A stretch of 56,837 bases of DNA from Patescibacteria group bacterium (GTDB lineage Bacteria > Bacillota > Negativicutes > Sporomusales > Sporomusaceae): assembly GCA_035560935.1 (NCBI GenBank), contig DATMYQ010000069.1:1-56837 (forward strand), written 5' to 3'. Position numbers and translations under genes: made by a program. Every line of letters begins with the position of its first letter. Positions within the stretch are counted from its first letter, which is position 1. The notes under the pieces are model-generated. The model was given only the letters and a program-made list of their open reading frames with translations, made no database searches and was not told the DNA's origin. Positions 36,749 through 46,042 of the stretch are shown in pieces.

Positions 36749-38008
36749 ATGTTGCAATTACCGGAAATGTACAGACTGGTGCGGGAGTTTCCCCGGCCCC
36801 GCCTGCAGGATATTGAAACGACGGTGGTTCGGGAGCTGGAACGCCTGCAACTGAGAGAAAAAATAGTGCCGGGGGCCCGTATCGGCATTACCGCCGGCAG
36901 CCGGGGGATACAAAACCTGCCGGAGATACTGCGGCATACGGCAGCGTATATTCGTCAACGGGGCGGTATTCCCTGCCTGTTGGCGGCGATGGGCAGCCAC
37001 GGCGGCGGTACGGCGGCGGGACAGCAGGAAATGCTGGACGGACTGGGGATAACTGCAGCAAGCACCGGCGCGCCGGTTGTCACCTGTGCGGACTGTGAAG
37101 AAATTGGCCGGACCGGGTCCGGATTGCCGGTATACATGGTCAAATCAGCCCGGGAAGTCGATGGGATTCTGGTGGTGAACCGGGTCAAAACCCATACCTC
37201 CTTCAAAGGACTGGTGGAGAGCGGCCTGGTGAAAAAACTGGTGGTCGGACTGGGCGGGCCCAAAGGCGCCCGGCAATTTCACAGTTTCGGCCCGGCAGAG
37301 TTGTCCCGCCTGTTGCTGGAAATGGGTACCGTCATTTTGGAACGTTGCCAGGTTCTGGGCGGTTTGGCCATTCTGGAAAATGCCTACGAAGAGACGGCGG
37401 ATATCCGGGGCGTGACCGCCGCCGGACTGATCGATGAAGAAAGCCGGCTGCTGGAGTACTCCAAGTCGCTGATGCCTTCATTGCCGGTGGAGAATCTCGA
37501 TTTACTGATTATTCAGGAGATGGGTAAAAATTTCAGCGGTACTGGTATCGATACCAACATTGTCGGGCGTTGCCGCATCCAGGGGGTGGCGGAGCCGGAA
37601 AGCCCGGCGATACAGCGAATTGCGGTGCTGGATTTGTCGGAGGAATCTCACGGCAACGCCACCGGCATCGGACTGGCCGATTTTGTGACCCGGCGGCTGG
37701 TGGAGAAAATGGACCGCCATGCCACTTACCTGAATTGCCTGACCAGCACTTTCGTTGTCCGGGCGGCCATCCCGATGTATTTTGACAGCGAGGAAAAACT
37801 GCTGGCCGCGGCATTGTCCAGTCTGGGAGGAATGGCAACGGAAACACTGCGGATTGCCATCATTCCCAATACCCTGTTTTTGGCGGAAAGTTATGTCTCT
37901 GCCGCAGTGGCTGCTCAATTACGGGGCCGGTCGGGCCTGTCCGTGTCTGCGGCGGCGGAAAATATCCGCTTTGACGGGGAGGGAAATATCACGCTGCGCG
38001 TGGAATAA
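36749..38008 (+). CDS. LarA-like (DUF2088) protein, putative nickel-pincer-dependent 2-hydroxyacid racemase/epimerase
   Basis: 'LAAMGSHGG' and 'VKTHTSFKGLVESGLVKKLVVGLGGPKGARQFH' resemble the LarA His/Lys/His region. No larBCE genes are in the window. Confidence 0.45.
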   Translation: MLQLPEMYRLVREFPRPRLQDIETTVVRELERLQLREKIVPGARIGITAGSRGIQNLPEILRHTAAYIRQRGGIPCLLAAMGSHGGGTAAGQQEMLDGLGITAASTGAPVVTCADCEEIGRTGSGLPVYMVKSAREVDGILVVNRVKTHTSFKGLVESGLVKKLVVGLGGPKGARQFHSFGPAELSRLLLEMGTVILERCQVLGGLAILENAYEETADIRGVTAAGLIDEESRLLEYSKSLMPSLPVENLDLLIIQEMGKNFSGTGIDTNIVGRCRIQGVAEPESPAIQRIAVLDLSEESHGNATGIGLADFVTRRLVEKMDRHATYLNCLTSTFVVRAAIPMYFDSEEKLLAAALSSLGGMATETLRIAIIPNTLFLAESYVSAAVAAQLRGRSGLSVSAAAENIRFDGEGNITLRVE

Positions 38009-38017
38009 TGCGGGGAA

Positions 38018-39754
38018 ATGACCATGCCGTTTAATCAGGTGTTATTGTTGGATATTGTTCAAAATGTGGCGCTCATGGGCATACTGGCGTATTTACTGAC
38101 CCGTTTGCCCGCCATTCGCCGGACGCTGCATCATTCGCAATACCGTCTCCGGGACCGTCTGGTCCTGGTGGCGGTATTTGGCGCATTTTCTGCGCTGGGT
38201 AACTGGCTGGGAATTCCGGTACTGGAGTCCATGGCCAATACCCGGATTGTCGGGCCGGTGGCCGGTGGGCTGCTCGGCGGGCCGCTGGTCGGACTGGGAG
38301 CCGGCATTGCCGGGGCCATTCCCCGGTATTTTATGGGCGGGTTCACTATGTGGGCCTCCGTATTGGCCAACGTCATCGCCGGGGCTGTCGCCGGACTCAT
38401 TTATCACCGGCTGGGAGCTCACCGGATCAATGTGCGGGTGGCGCTGCTCACCGGATTGGGCTGTGAAATGTTGCTAAAAGTGTTGGTGCTGGCCCTGTCC
38501 CATCCCTTTGAAAAAGCATGGGCGCTGGAAAAAATCATTGCCGTGCCGACCGTTGTCGCCAATTCGCTGGCGGTGGGACTGTTTGTCTACATTGTCAAAG
38601 ATGTTTTTCTGGAACAGCAGAAAGCCCGGGTGCAGTCGGCACAGCAGGTGCTGGATGTGATTCAGCGGGCCAGCGATCTTTTTCTGTCAGGCTTTAACGA
38701 AAAAAATGCCCGTCAGGTGGCGCAAATTATTTATGAAGAAACCGGCGCCACCGCCGTGGCACTGACGGATGTTGACAAAGTGTTGGCTTTTGTCGGGGAA
38801 GGGGCTGATCACCATATTGCCGGTGCTCCCATCGTGACCGCCGCCACCAAACAGGCGATCAGCGACGGCCGTACGGTGATCGTCAACGACCGGACCGGCA
38901 TCGGCTGTCCTCATCCCGGCTGCCCGCTGGCGGCGGTGGTGGATGCGCCGCTGGTGGTGGGCGGACAATTGGCCGGTACGCTGAAGCTGTACAAAACATC
39001 CCGTGAGATCATCAGCCATTATGAGGCGGAGCTGATTCAGGGCATCGCTGTTTTTCTCAGTTTTCAGCTGTCCCAGCGCAAACTGGAGGAACAGCGGGCT
39101 TTGCTGGCCCGGACGGAATACAGCATGCTGAAGGCCCAGGTAAATCCGCATTTTTTGTTTAACACATTAGGCGCCATCCGGGTGCTGGTGCGTTCCGATC
39201 CGGATCTGGCCCGGGCTCTGATCAAGGATTTGGCCGTGTTTTTGCGCGGGTCTTTGAACCGGGAGCAGGAGATGGCGTCAGTGCAACAGGAGCTGGAGGT
39301 GGCGGAACGATATTTTCGGATTGAAAAAACCCGCTTTGGTGAGCATATCCGGCTGGCGGTTGATATTCCGGAACCCTTGCTGCGTCACCAGACTCCCGCG
39401 TTTACACTGCAGCCGCTGGTGGAAAATGCGGTACGTCATGGCGCCGGCGGCAGCGAAAAACCGGTCATTGTCAGGATAAGCGCCTGGGAAACAGCATTAG
39501 ATGGGTTTTGCCTGGCGGTGGAAGACAACGGGCGGGGAATGGACGAAGAACGGCTGTGGCAGTTGCGGCAGGAGTCAGAAGCCGCGGTGCAATCCGGCGG
39601 GATCGGGATTTATAATGTGGACCGCCGGATCAAAATGTTGTGCGGTCCGGCTTATGGAGTTACACTGGAAAGTAAGCTTGGATCGGGAACACGGGCGCTT
39701 ATCCGCTTGCCGGCAGGGAGGAAACCGTATGCAGATGAAAATTTTGATCGCTGA
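38018..39754 (+). CDS. LytS-type sensor histidine kinase (5TM-LytS, GAF, His_kinase, HATPase)
   Basis: Multi-TM N-terminus, a GAF-like middle region, H-box 'QVNPHFLFNTLGAI', and 'LQPLVENAVRHG'. Confidence 0.9.
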   Translation: MTMPFNQVLLLDIVQNVALMGILAYLLTRLPAIRRTLHHSQYRLRDRLVLVAVFGAFSALGNWLGIPVLESMANTRIVGPVAGGLLGGPLVGLGAGIAGAIPRYFMGGFTMWASVLANVIAGAVAGLIYHRLGAHRINVRVALLTGLGCEMLLKVLVLALSHPFEKAWALEKIIAVPTVVANSLAVGLFVYIVKDVFLEQQKARVQSAQQVLDVIQRASDLFLSGFNEKNARQVAQIIYEETGATAVALTDVDKVLAFVGEGADHHIAGAPIVTAATKQAISDGRTVIVNDRTGIGCPHPGCPLAAVVDAPLVVGGQLAGTLKLYKTSREIISHYEAELIQGIAVFLSFQLSQRKLEEQRALLARTEYSMLKAQVNPHFLFNTLGAIRVLVRSDPDLARALIKDLAVFLRGSLNREQEMASVQQELEVAERYFRIEKTRFGEHIRLAVDIPEPLLRHQTPAFTLQPLVENAVRHGAGGSEKPVIVRISAWETALDGFCLAVEDNGRGMDEERLWQLRQESEAAVQSGGIGIYNVDRRIKMLCGPAYGVTLESKLGSGTRALIRLPAGRKPYADENFDR

Positions 39755-40481
39755 TGATGAGGAACTGATCGGAAATGAACTTAAAGACATTCTGACGGGA
39801 CATTGCCGTCAAGCGGAGGTCGTTTTTTGCCGCAGCGGTGTGGCGGCGTTGCGGGAGCTGGAAAGGGAAAATTTTGATCTGGTGTTTTTGGACATTCAGA
39901 TGCCGGGCGTTACCGGCTTGGATGTGGCCCGGATCTGGGCTGAAAAAAATGAGCCGCCGTTGGTGGTTTTTGTCACGGCGTACAGTGAATTTGCGGTGGA
40001 TGCGTTTGCCGTCAACGCCCTGGATTATGTGTTGAAACCGTTCGATGAGGGAGATATTGAACGGGTGCTGACCAAAGCGGCGCGCCGGCTGGCTGCCCGG
40101 CCGGACCCGTGCGCCGGCGAGACCGCAAAAGTGAAAATGAACTGTGTGCACCGAATCACCGTGGAGGGAAAAGACGGGCTGGAAGTGCTGGAAAGTGCCG
40201 GTATTCTGCTTATCCAGGCCAAAAACCGTCTGGTGTATGTTCATGCCGTTAACGGTGAACAATATCTTTCCCGGCTGTCGCTGCAGGAATATGAGACCCG
40301 CCTGGATCCGGCGGTGTTTTATCGTTGCCACCGGAATTTTATTGTCAACGTCGGCAGAATCCAGCGAATGACCGCCTGGTTTAACCGCGGCTACATTCTG
40401 ATGTTAAAAGACGCCCGGGGTGTGCAGATTCCGGTGAGCCGCCATTATGTCAAAGGACTGAAAGAATACATTGATTTTTAA
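39729..40481 (+). CDS. LytTR-family response regulator
   Basis: ATG at 39729 follows GGGAGGAAACCGT and overlaps the kinase end. REC 'MKILIADDEELI...LVFLDIQMPGVTG' plus a LytTR C-terminus '...FYRCHRNFIVN'. Confidence 0.9.
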   Translation: MQMKILIADDEELIGNELKDILTGHCRQAEVVFCRSGVAALRELERENFDLVFLDIQMPGVTGLDVARIWAEKNEPPLVVFVTAYSEFAVDAFAVNALDYVLKPFDEGDIERVLTKAARRLAARPDPCAGETAKVKMNCVHRITVEGKDGLEVLESAGILLIQAKNRLVYVHAVNGEQYLSRLSLQEYETRLDPAVFYRCHRNFIVNVGRIQRMTAWFNRGYILMLKDARGVQIPVSRHYVKGLKEYIDF

Positions 40482-40640
40482 AAAATGATGGGCGTTGCTA
40501 AATTGTGTACTAGGAGGAATTCGGGGCGTGAACTGCGAAATAAGAGGAACACTCTGAAACTAGGGGAACCAAGAACGGCGTTCTTTTCCGGGTAGCGGAA
40601 ACCCACGCCAGAAGTATGTTTCCGGGAAAGAGGCAGATCT

Positions 40641-42356
40641 TTGACCATTACCGAATTGATAATGGGTATTTTAAACAACGTTGCCATCATCGGTATCGCG
40701 GCCTACCTGGCCACCCGGATACCGGCCATCCGCCGTACCGTGCTCCATTCCCGTTACACACAGAAGGATAAATTGCTGCTGGGAATGCTGTTTGGCGCGT
40801 TTTCGATGCTGGGAAATTATATGAGCATTCCGGTTTTCGGCGCCCTGGCCAATCACCGGATTGCCGGGGCGGTGGCCGGCGGGCTGCTGGGCGGAAGAAT
40901 GGTGGGGGTGTGTGCCGGAATTCTGGGAGCCATTCCCCGTTATTATATGGGTGGATATACCGCGGAAGCGGCGGTGCTGTCCAATGTGGTCGTCGGCTAT
41001 GTCAGCGGCTGGATCGGCGAGCGTTGGGGAGCGGGAAATATCGACTGGAAGCGGGCAATGGGTGCTACAATACTGGGAGAAGCGATTTTAAAGACGATGA
41101 TCCTGACGATGTCCAAACCCTTTGAGGTTGCCTGGCAGTTGGAGAGTTTGATCGCCATACCCACGACGCTGGCCAACTCCTTTGCCGTGGTGCTGTTTGT
41201 CGGCATTATCCGGGATGTGTTCAACGAACAGGAAAAGGCACAGGCGCTGTCGGCTCAGAAATCGCTGCGGATGATCCGGCAGGCCAGTGATTTGTTGCAA
41301 AACGGATTGAATTCCGAATCCGCCAGCGCGGTAGCCCGGGTGATTCTTCGGGAAACCGGGGCGGCAGCGGTGGCGGTAACCGATGCTGACCGGGTACTGG
41401 CGTTTGTGGGCGAGGGTTCGGACCATCATGTGGCCGGGGAACCGATTGTCACCGCCGTGACCCGGCAGGTGCTCCGGGAACGTCAGACGGTGGTGGTCAG
41501 TGACCGCCGTTCGATCGGTTGTCCCTATCCTCATTGCCCGTTGTCGGCGGTGATTGATGCACCGTTGATTGTTGGCAATGAACTGCTAGGAACGGTTAAA
41601 TTGTACAAAATCAATGCGGAGAGCGTTTCCCTGTTTGAGACCGAGCTGATTCAGGGAATCGCCGATTTCTTCAGTCTGCTGTTGGCCCGTCAGAAGCTGG
41701 AAGCGCAGCAGCGCTTGTTGCTGCAGACGGAATACGGAAGGCTGAAAGCGCAGGTGAATCCGCATTTTTTTTTCAATACATTAGGGACCATTCAGGCGCT
41801 GGTCCAGACGGAACCCCAGGTGGCCAGCGCCCTGATCAAGGATATGGCCGGCTTTTTCCGCCGGATTCTAAAGCGGGGCGGAGAATTTATTCCGCTGGGC
41901 GAAGAACTGGAAACGGTGCGCAATTATCTGCGGATTGAACAGGCCCGCTTTGGTGACCGGATCCGGGTGGTGTGGCAGGTTCCGGAGGAAATGCTGACCC
42001 ATCCGGTGCCGACCTTTTCGCTGCAGCCGCTGGTGGAAAATGCCGTGCGCCATGGACTGAGCCTGAAAAAAGGCGGGGGTGAGATCCGTATTCTTGTCTG
42101 GCGGGAGGATGCCGCGTTGCTGATCCGGGTGGAAGATGACGGCGTCGGCATGTCGGCGGAAAAGGTTCGTGAAGTGATGGAGACCGATGACTGCGTTCGT
42201 TCCGCCGGCGCCGGAATTGGATTGGTCAACGTGCGGCAGCGGATCAGAAAAGTCTACGGGGAAACCTTTGGGCTGGTACTGGAAAGCCAGTGGGAAAGAG
42301 GAACGGTGGTGACGCTGCGGCTGCCGTGGCAGCGACTGCGGGAGGGCGTTTTGTGA
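40641..42356 (+). CDS. second LytS-type sensor histidine kinase (paralog)
   Basis: Collinear with the kinase at 38018, for example 'AAYLATRIPAIRRT', 'QVNPHFFFNTLGTI' and 'LQPLVENAVRHG'. Confidence 0.9.
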   Translation: MTITELIMGILNNVAIIGIAAYLATRIPAIRRTVLHSRYTQKDKLLLGMLFGAFSMLGNYMSIPVFGALANHRIAGAVAGGLLGGRMVGVCAGILGAIPRYYMGGYTAEAAVLSNVVVGYVSGWIGERWGAGNIDWKRAMGATILGEAILKTMILTMSKPFEVAWQLESLIAIPTTLANSFAVVLFVGIIRDVFNEQEKAQALSAQKSLRMIRQASDLLQNGLNSESASAVARVILRETGAAAVAVTDADRVLAFVGEGSDHHVAGEPIVTAVTRQVLRERQTVVVSDRRSIGCPYPHCPLSAVIDAPLIVGNELLGTVKLYKINAESVSLFETELIQGIADFFSLLLARQKLEAQQRLLLQTEYGRLKAQVNPHFFFNTLGTIQALVQTEPQVASALIKDMAGFFRRILKRGGEFIPLGEELETVRNYLRIEQARFGDRIRVVWQVPEEMLTHPVPTFSLQPLVENAVRHGLSLKKGGGEIRILVWREDAALLIRVEDDGVGMSAEKVREVMETDDCVRSAGAGIGLVNVRQRIRKVYGETFGLVLESQWERGTVVTLRLPWQRLREGVL

Positions 42357-43123
42357 AAACATTAAAAGCGGTAGTGGTGGATGACGAGCCGGTGATGGCC
42401 CGCTTGCTGGAGCGCTTGTTGGCGAGGCATGCCGATATTTGCGTGGCCGGAACGGCTCATGACGGGGATGAGGCGTTGCAGCTGATCGCGGTGGAAAAAC
42501 CGGATATTGTTTTTTTGGATATTCAGATGCCAGGGAAAAACGGCATGGAGGTGGCGGCGGTACTGGATCGGGACACAGACGGACCGATGGTGGTTTTTGT
42601 CACGGCTCACGATGAATTTGCCATGCGGGCCTTTGCCGTCAATGCGCTGGATTATGTACTGAAGCCCTTTGATGAGGAAGATGTGGACCGGGTGCTGCGC
42701 AAACTTCGTAAAAACCGCCTGCGGGCCGTCCGGGAACTGGCCGGAGAGCCGCCGGCGCCAAAACCGGCAACGGCCGCCAGCCGCTGGCCACGCAAGGTTG
42801 GGATTCCTGTGGAGGATAAGATGGTTATTGTGCCGGTTCAGGAGATTCAGTACATTTGCGCGGAAGACCGGATGGTGTTTGTGCACATGCAGGACGGGGA
42901 ATGTTATCCGGTGAAACAGACGTTGCAGGAATGGGAGCGAAAGTTGAATCCGGATCAGTTTTTGCGCTGTCACCGGAATTTTATCGTGAATATGGAACAG
43001 GTCATGCAAGTGTCTCCCTGGTTCAACCGGGGTTGTCTGCTGACCTTGCATGGTGACGGGCGGGTGGAAATACCGGTCAGTCGCGTGAACGTCAAACGAC
43101 TGGAAGAATATATGGACTTGTAG
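42353..43123 (+). CDS. second LytTR-family response regulator (paralog)
   Basis: GTG at 42353 overlaps the kinase stop (GTGA). 'AVVVDDEPVM...IVFLDIQMPGKNG' and '...FLRCHRNFIVN'. Confidence 0.88.
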   Translation: MKTLKAVVVDDEPVMARLLERLLARHADICVAGTAHDGDEALQLIAVEKPDIVFLDIQMPGKNGMEVAAVLDRDTDGPMVVFVTAHDEFAMRAFAVNALDYVLKPFDEEDVDRVLRKLRKNRLRAVRELAGEPPAPKPATAASRWPRKVGIPVEDKMVIVPVQEIQYICAEDRMVFVHMQDGECYPVKQTLQEWERKLNPDQFLRCHRNFIVNMEQVMQVSPWFNRGCLLTLHGDGRVEIPVSRVNVKRLEEYMDL

Positions 43124-43131
43124 AACCTTTT

Positions 43132-43156
43132 GAACCCTGCCGGGGTTCTTTTTTTT
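43132..43156 (+). terminator. intrinsic terminator
   Basis: Stem GAACCC/GGGTTC followed by TTTTTTTT. Confidence 0.75.
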
Positions 43157-43192
43157 GTCCGCCCGTCCCGGGTTTTGGCGCGCCGGGGGAAA

Positions 43193-43220
43193 GATTTGTG
43201 CGATTGATTCTGATTTGTGC
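43193..43220 (+). repeat. perfect 9-bp direct repeat GATTTGTGC-N10-GATTTGTGC, candidate LytTR operator
   Basis: The repeat ends 21 nt upstream of a TATAAT at 43242-43247, just before the second DASS gene. Confidence 0.5.
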
Positions 43221-43284
43221 AACAACAGGTAAAGGAATGAATATAATCGAAGATAAAGCAAAATAGAATAAAGGAGTGGATGGA

Positions 43285-44688
43285 GTGTCGCTAAAAAAAT
43301 GGCTGTCGTTGGGATTGGCCTGTCTTTGTCTGGCGGCGATTGTCTGGGGTACACCGGAAATAGCAGGGCTGAAGGCGGCGGGAAAAGCTTCGCTGGGGGT
43401 AGCGGTATTTGCCATTATTATTTGGGTGACGCAAGCGGTGGAGGATGCGGTCAGCGGTTTGCTGATTGTTTTTTTGCTGGCGGTTCTCGGTGCAACCAGT
43501 TTGACCAATGCGTTAAACGGGTATGCCAATACCTCACTGTGGTTGATCGTAATCGGATTTATCATGGCCGGCTGTATGGAAAAATCCGGATTGTCCAAAC
43601 GGATTGCGCTGCTGCTGGTGAACGCGGCCAGCGGTTCCGCCGACAAAATTTACTGGGCGGTGGCCGCCGTTATGGCGGTGATGAGTTTTCTGGTGCCGTC
43701 GATTACGGCGCGGACACTGCTGATGCTGCCGATTATCCTGGGTATCGGTCAGGCCTTTAAGGCCCGCTCGGGGGAAAGCAACATTGTTAAAGCCCTGATG
43801 TTCATCGTCGCTATGAGCGGCACCATCATGAGCATCGGTATTTTGACCGCCCATGTCGGTAATCCGATTACGGCGGGATTGATTGAAAGTGCCACTCACC
43901 AAACCATTTCCTGGTCGGAATGGTTCCGGGTCGGTGGTCCGCCGGCGTTTGTGCTGGCGGCAATATCGGTTTTGGTGATTCGCTGGATGTGGCCGCCGGA
44001 GATTAAGGAACTGGGGGAAGGACAGCAATATATTCAGAAGGAATTGACGGCTATGGGCCAGCTGAACCGGGGAGAAATCTACACACTGGCAGTTTTCCTG
44101 CTGACCCTGGCGCTGTGGGCCACCGATTCGCTGCACAAAGTCAACGTGATGCTGGTGGGAATGGTATCGGTCATTTTGTTGCTGTGGCCGGGCTGCGGCG
44201 TGATGTCCTGGAAAGAAGCCCAGCAAAAAGTGCCCTGGAATATTTTCGTACTGTATGGCGCCGGCTTGTCTATGGGAACGGCACTGGTTTCATCGGGCGC
44301 CGCCAAATGGCTGGCGGGCGTGATGCTGGGACCGATTGCCCCGCTGCCTCATACCACCCAGATGATCATGCTGATCTGGGCGGCTACGGCGCTGCAGGTG
44401 TTTTTTACCGGCGGCGGACCGAAAACCACAGCACTGACACCGATTGTCATTGCCCATGCTGTCGCGATTGGCGCGGATCCGCTGACCTTTGCGCTGATCC
44501 TGGGCATGAACATGCAGCATCAGTACCTTTTGCCGGTTAGCAATATGCCCAACGCGGTGGCGATGGGTACCGGTCATATCAGCAGTACGGAGCTGATTCG
44601 GACCGGCGCGGTGATCAGCGTTCTGGCCGCAGGCTTCATGAGCCTGATGGTGCTGACTTACTGGCAATGGATCGGCGTTGTAAAGTGA
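43285..44688 (+). CDS. DASS/SLC13-family anion permease (second copy)
   Basis: GTG at 43285 lies 8 nt after AAAGGAG. A polytopic protein that shares its layout with the permease at 35248. Confidence 0.7.
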   Translation: MSLKKWLSLGLACLCLAAIVWGTPEIAGLKAAGKASLGVAVFAIIIWVTQAVEDAVSGLLIVFLLAVLGATSLTNALNGYANTSLWLIVIGFIMAGCMEKSGLSKRIALLLVNAASGSADKIYWAVAAVMAVMSFLVPSITARTLLMLPIILGIGQAFKARSGESNIVKALMFIVAMSGTIMSIGILTAHVGNPITAGLIESATHQTISWSEWFRVGGPPAFVLAAISVLVIRWMWPPEIKELGEGQQYIQKELTAMGQLNRGEIYTLAVFLLTLALWATDSLHKVNVMLVGMVSVILLLWPGCGVMSWKEAQQKVPWNIFVLYGAGLSMGTALVSSGAAKWLAGVMLGPIAPLPHTTQMIMLIWAATALQVFFTGGGPKTTALTPIVIAHAVAIGADPLTFALILGMNMQHQYLLPVSNMPNAVAMGTGHISSTELIRTGAVISVLAAGFMSLMVLTYWQWIGVVK

Positions 44689-44760
44689 AGACTGGCGGTT
44701 CACACGTCCGAAGGATTGGCGCGCTGGTGGCCGGATTTGATCCCGTTGTCATGAATCGGG

Positions 44761-44788
44761 TTACAGGCTGGAACCGTTTGCGTATAAT
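44761..44788 (+). promoter_or_regulatory. sigma-70-type promoter
   Basis: TTACAG, 16-nt spacer, TATAAT (44783-44788). Confidence 0.5.
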
Positions 44789-44854
44789 TTCCGTAGGTAC
44801 CGGATGAACCCGGTGGATGATAAGGAAACAGGGGTTGGGATAAAGGGAGGGGTT

Positions 44855-46042
44855 TTGTTGGTAACAGAAAGGAATGATGCGGCGGCGGTCACCGCGGCGC
44901 AGCCGGACAATGTGGCGGCGGTGCGGCTGATCGTAAAGCAGTCCGGACAGGCGGGAGAACGGGTGAATCCTTACCGGCTGGTTGCAGGCGGACGCAGAAT
45001 CAGCCTGGCGGCACTGAACCGGATCATAGAAATTGATACGGCCAATCTGGTGGCGCAGGTGGAGCCGGGAGTCACCCTGGGAACATTGAATGAAGCTTTA
45101 AGGCAACAGGGGCTGCGGTTTGTCCCGGGGGATACCCCCGTGTACCGCCATAAAACCCTGGGAGAATTTTTTTACGAAGGCTGCTCTAATTTATCCGGGG
45201 TAAAATACGGCTTTGCCAAGCATTTTCTGATGGGCTCCGAAGTGGTGTTGCCTTCGGGAGAACTGCTGAGCACGGGTGGCAAAACCGTAAAGAACGTTAC
45301 CGGCTATGATTTTACCCGGTTTTTTAACGCGCCTTACGCCGATTTGGGCATCACCGTGAAGTTTTTGCTGAAACTGTTGCCGCTGCCGGAGGCATGCCAC
45401 CGCCGGCTGGTGTCCCTGGCGTTGCCGGCGGATGCCTTTACTCTGGCCGGTCAACTGCGGGCGGAAAAAATCGTGCCATCGGTACTGGTCTGGAGCAGCG
45501 GACAATCCCGGAAACTGACCGGCGATCCGGCGGCAGACAGAGACTGGCTTTGGCTGGAACTGGACGGTGTGGCCGAGGAAGTGGCCGCACTGGAACAGCG
45601 GCTGGATTCCCTGCTGGCGGAAAGGCAGGGCGTCACCGTAGCTGCCGGTAACGCCCTGGAAGCAGTTCTGGGACCATTGATTCAGGGATATTCGGCAGAG
45701 GCCGCGGCGCTGACAGATGAACTGAAATTGCCGTTGACGGCACAGCCGGCCTTTGTGGAAGAAGTAAAAACAATGGCCGAAATCAACCGTGTCAAGATGG
45801 GCGTGTTCGGGCAAATTGGCGAAGGAAAACTTCATCTGGCGCTTTCCGCCTGGGGTGATGACGAACATCGCTTTATCCGGGACGTGTTGGCGGCAACGGT
45901 TCGCCACGGAGGCTGGAGCGCCGGAAAATACCGACGACTGTATTCCGGCGATGAAGCCGGTCCGCTGGACTTCCTGGAAAAACGCCTCAGGAAACTGCTG
46001 GACCCGGATGCGGTGCTGAGCAGCGGCAGGGAGGGACAATAA
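44855..46042 (+). CDS. FAD-binding (PCMH-type) subunit, GlcE-like
   Basis: 'IIEIDTANLVAQVEPGVTLGTLNEALRQQGL' is a typical FAD_binding_4 segment. The start is uncertain (TTG after AGGGAGGGG). Confidence 0.65.
   Translation: MLVTERNDAAAVTAAQPDNVAAVRLIVKQSGQAGERVNPYRLVAGGRRISLAALNRIIEIDTANLVAQVEPGVTLGTLNEALRQQGLRFVPGDTPVYRHKTLGEFFYEGCSNLSGVKYGFAKHFLMGSEVVLPSGELLSTGGKTVKNVTGYDFTRFFNAPYADLGITVKFLLKLLPLPEACHRRLVSLALPADAFTLAGQLRAEKIVPSVLVWSSGQSRKLTGDPAADRDWLWLELDGVAEEVAALEQRLDSLLAERQGVTVAAGNALEAVLGPLIQGYSAEAAALTDELKLPLTAQPAFVEEVKTMAEINRVKMGVFGQIGEGKLHLALSAWGDDEHRFIRDVLAATVRHGGWSAGKYRRLYSGDEAGPLDFLEKRLRKLLDPDAVLSSGREGQ

Noticed and set aside
42362-43354. 330-aa minus-strand ORF
   Set aside because: It is antisense to the second LytTR regulator. 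Its His/Arg/Pro-rich composition is typical of shadow ORFs in GC-rich coding DNA.
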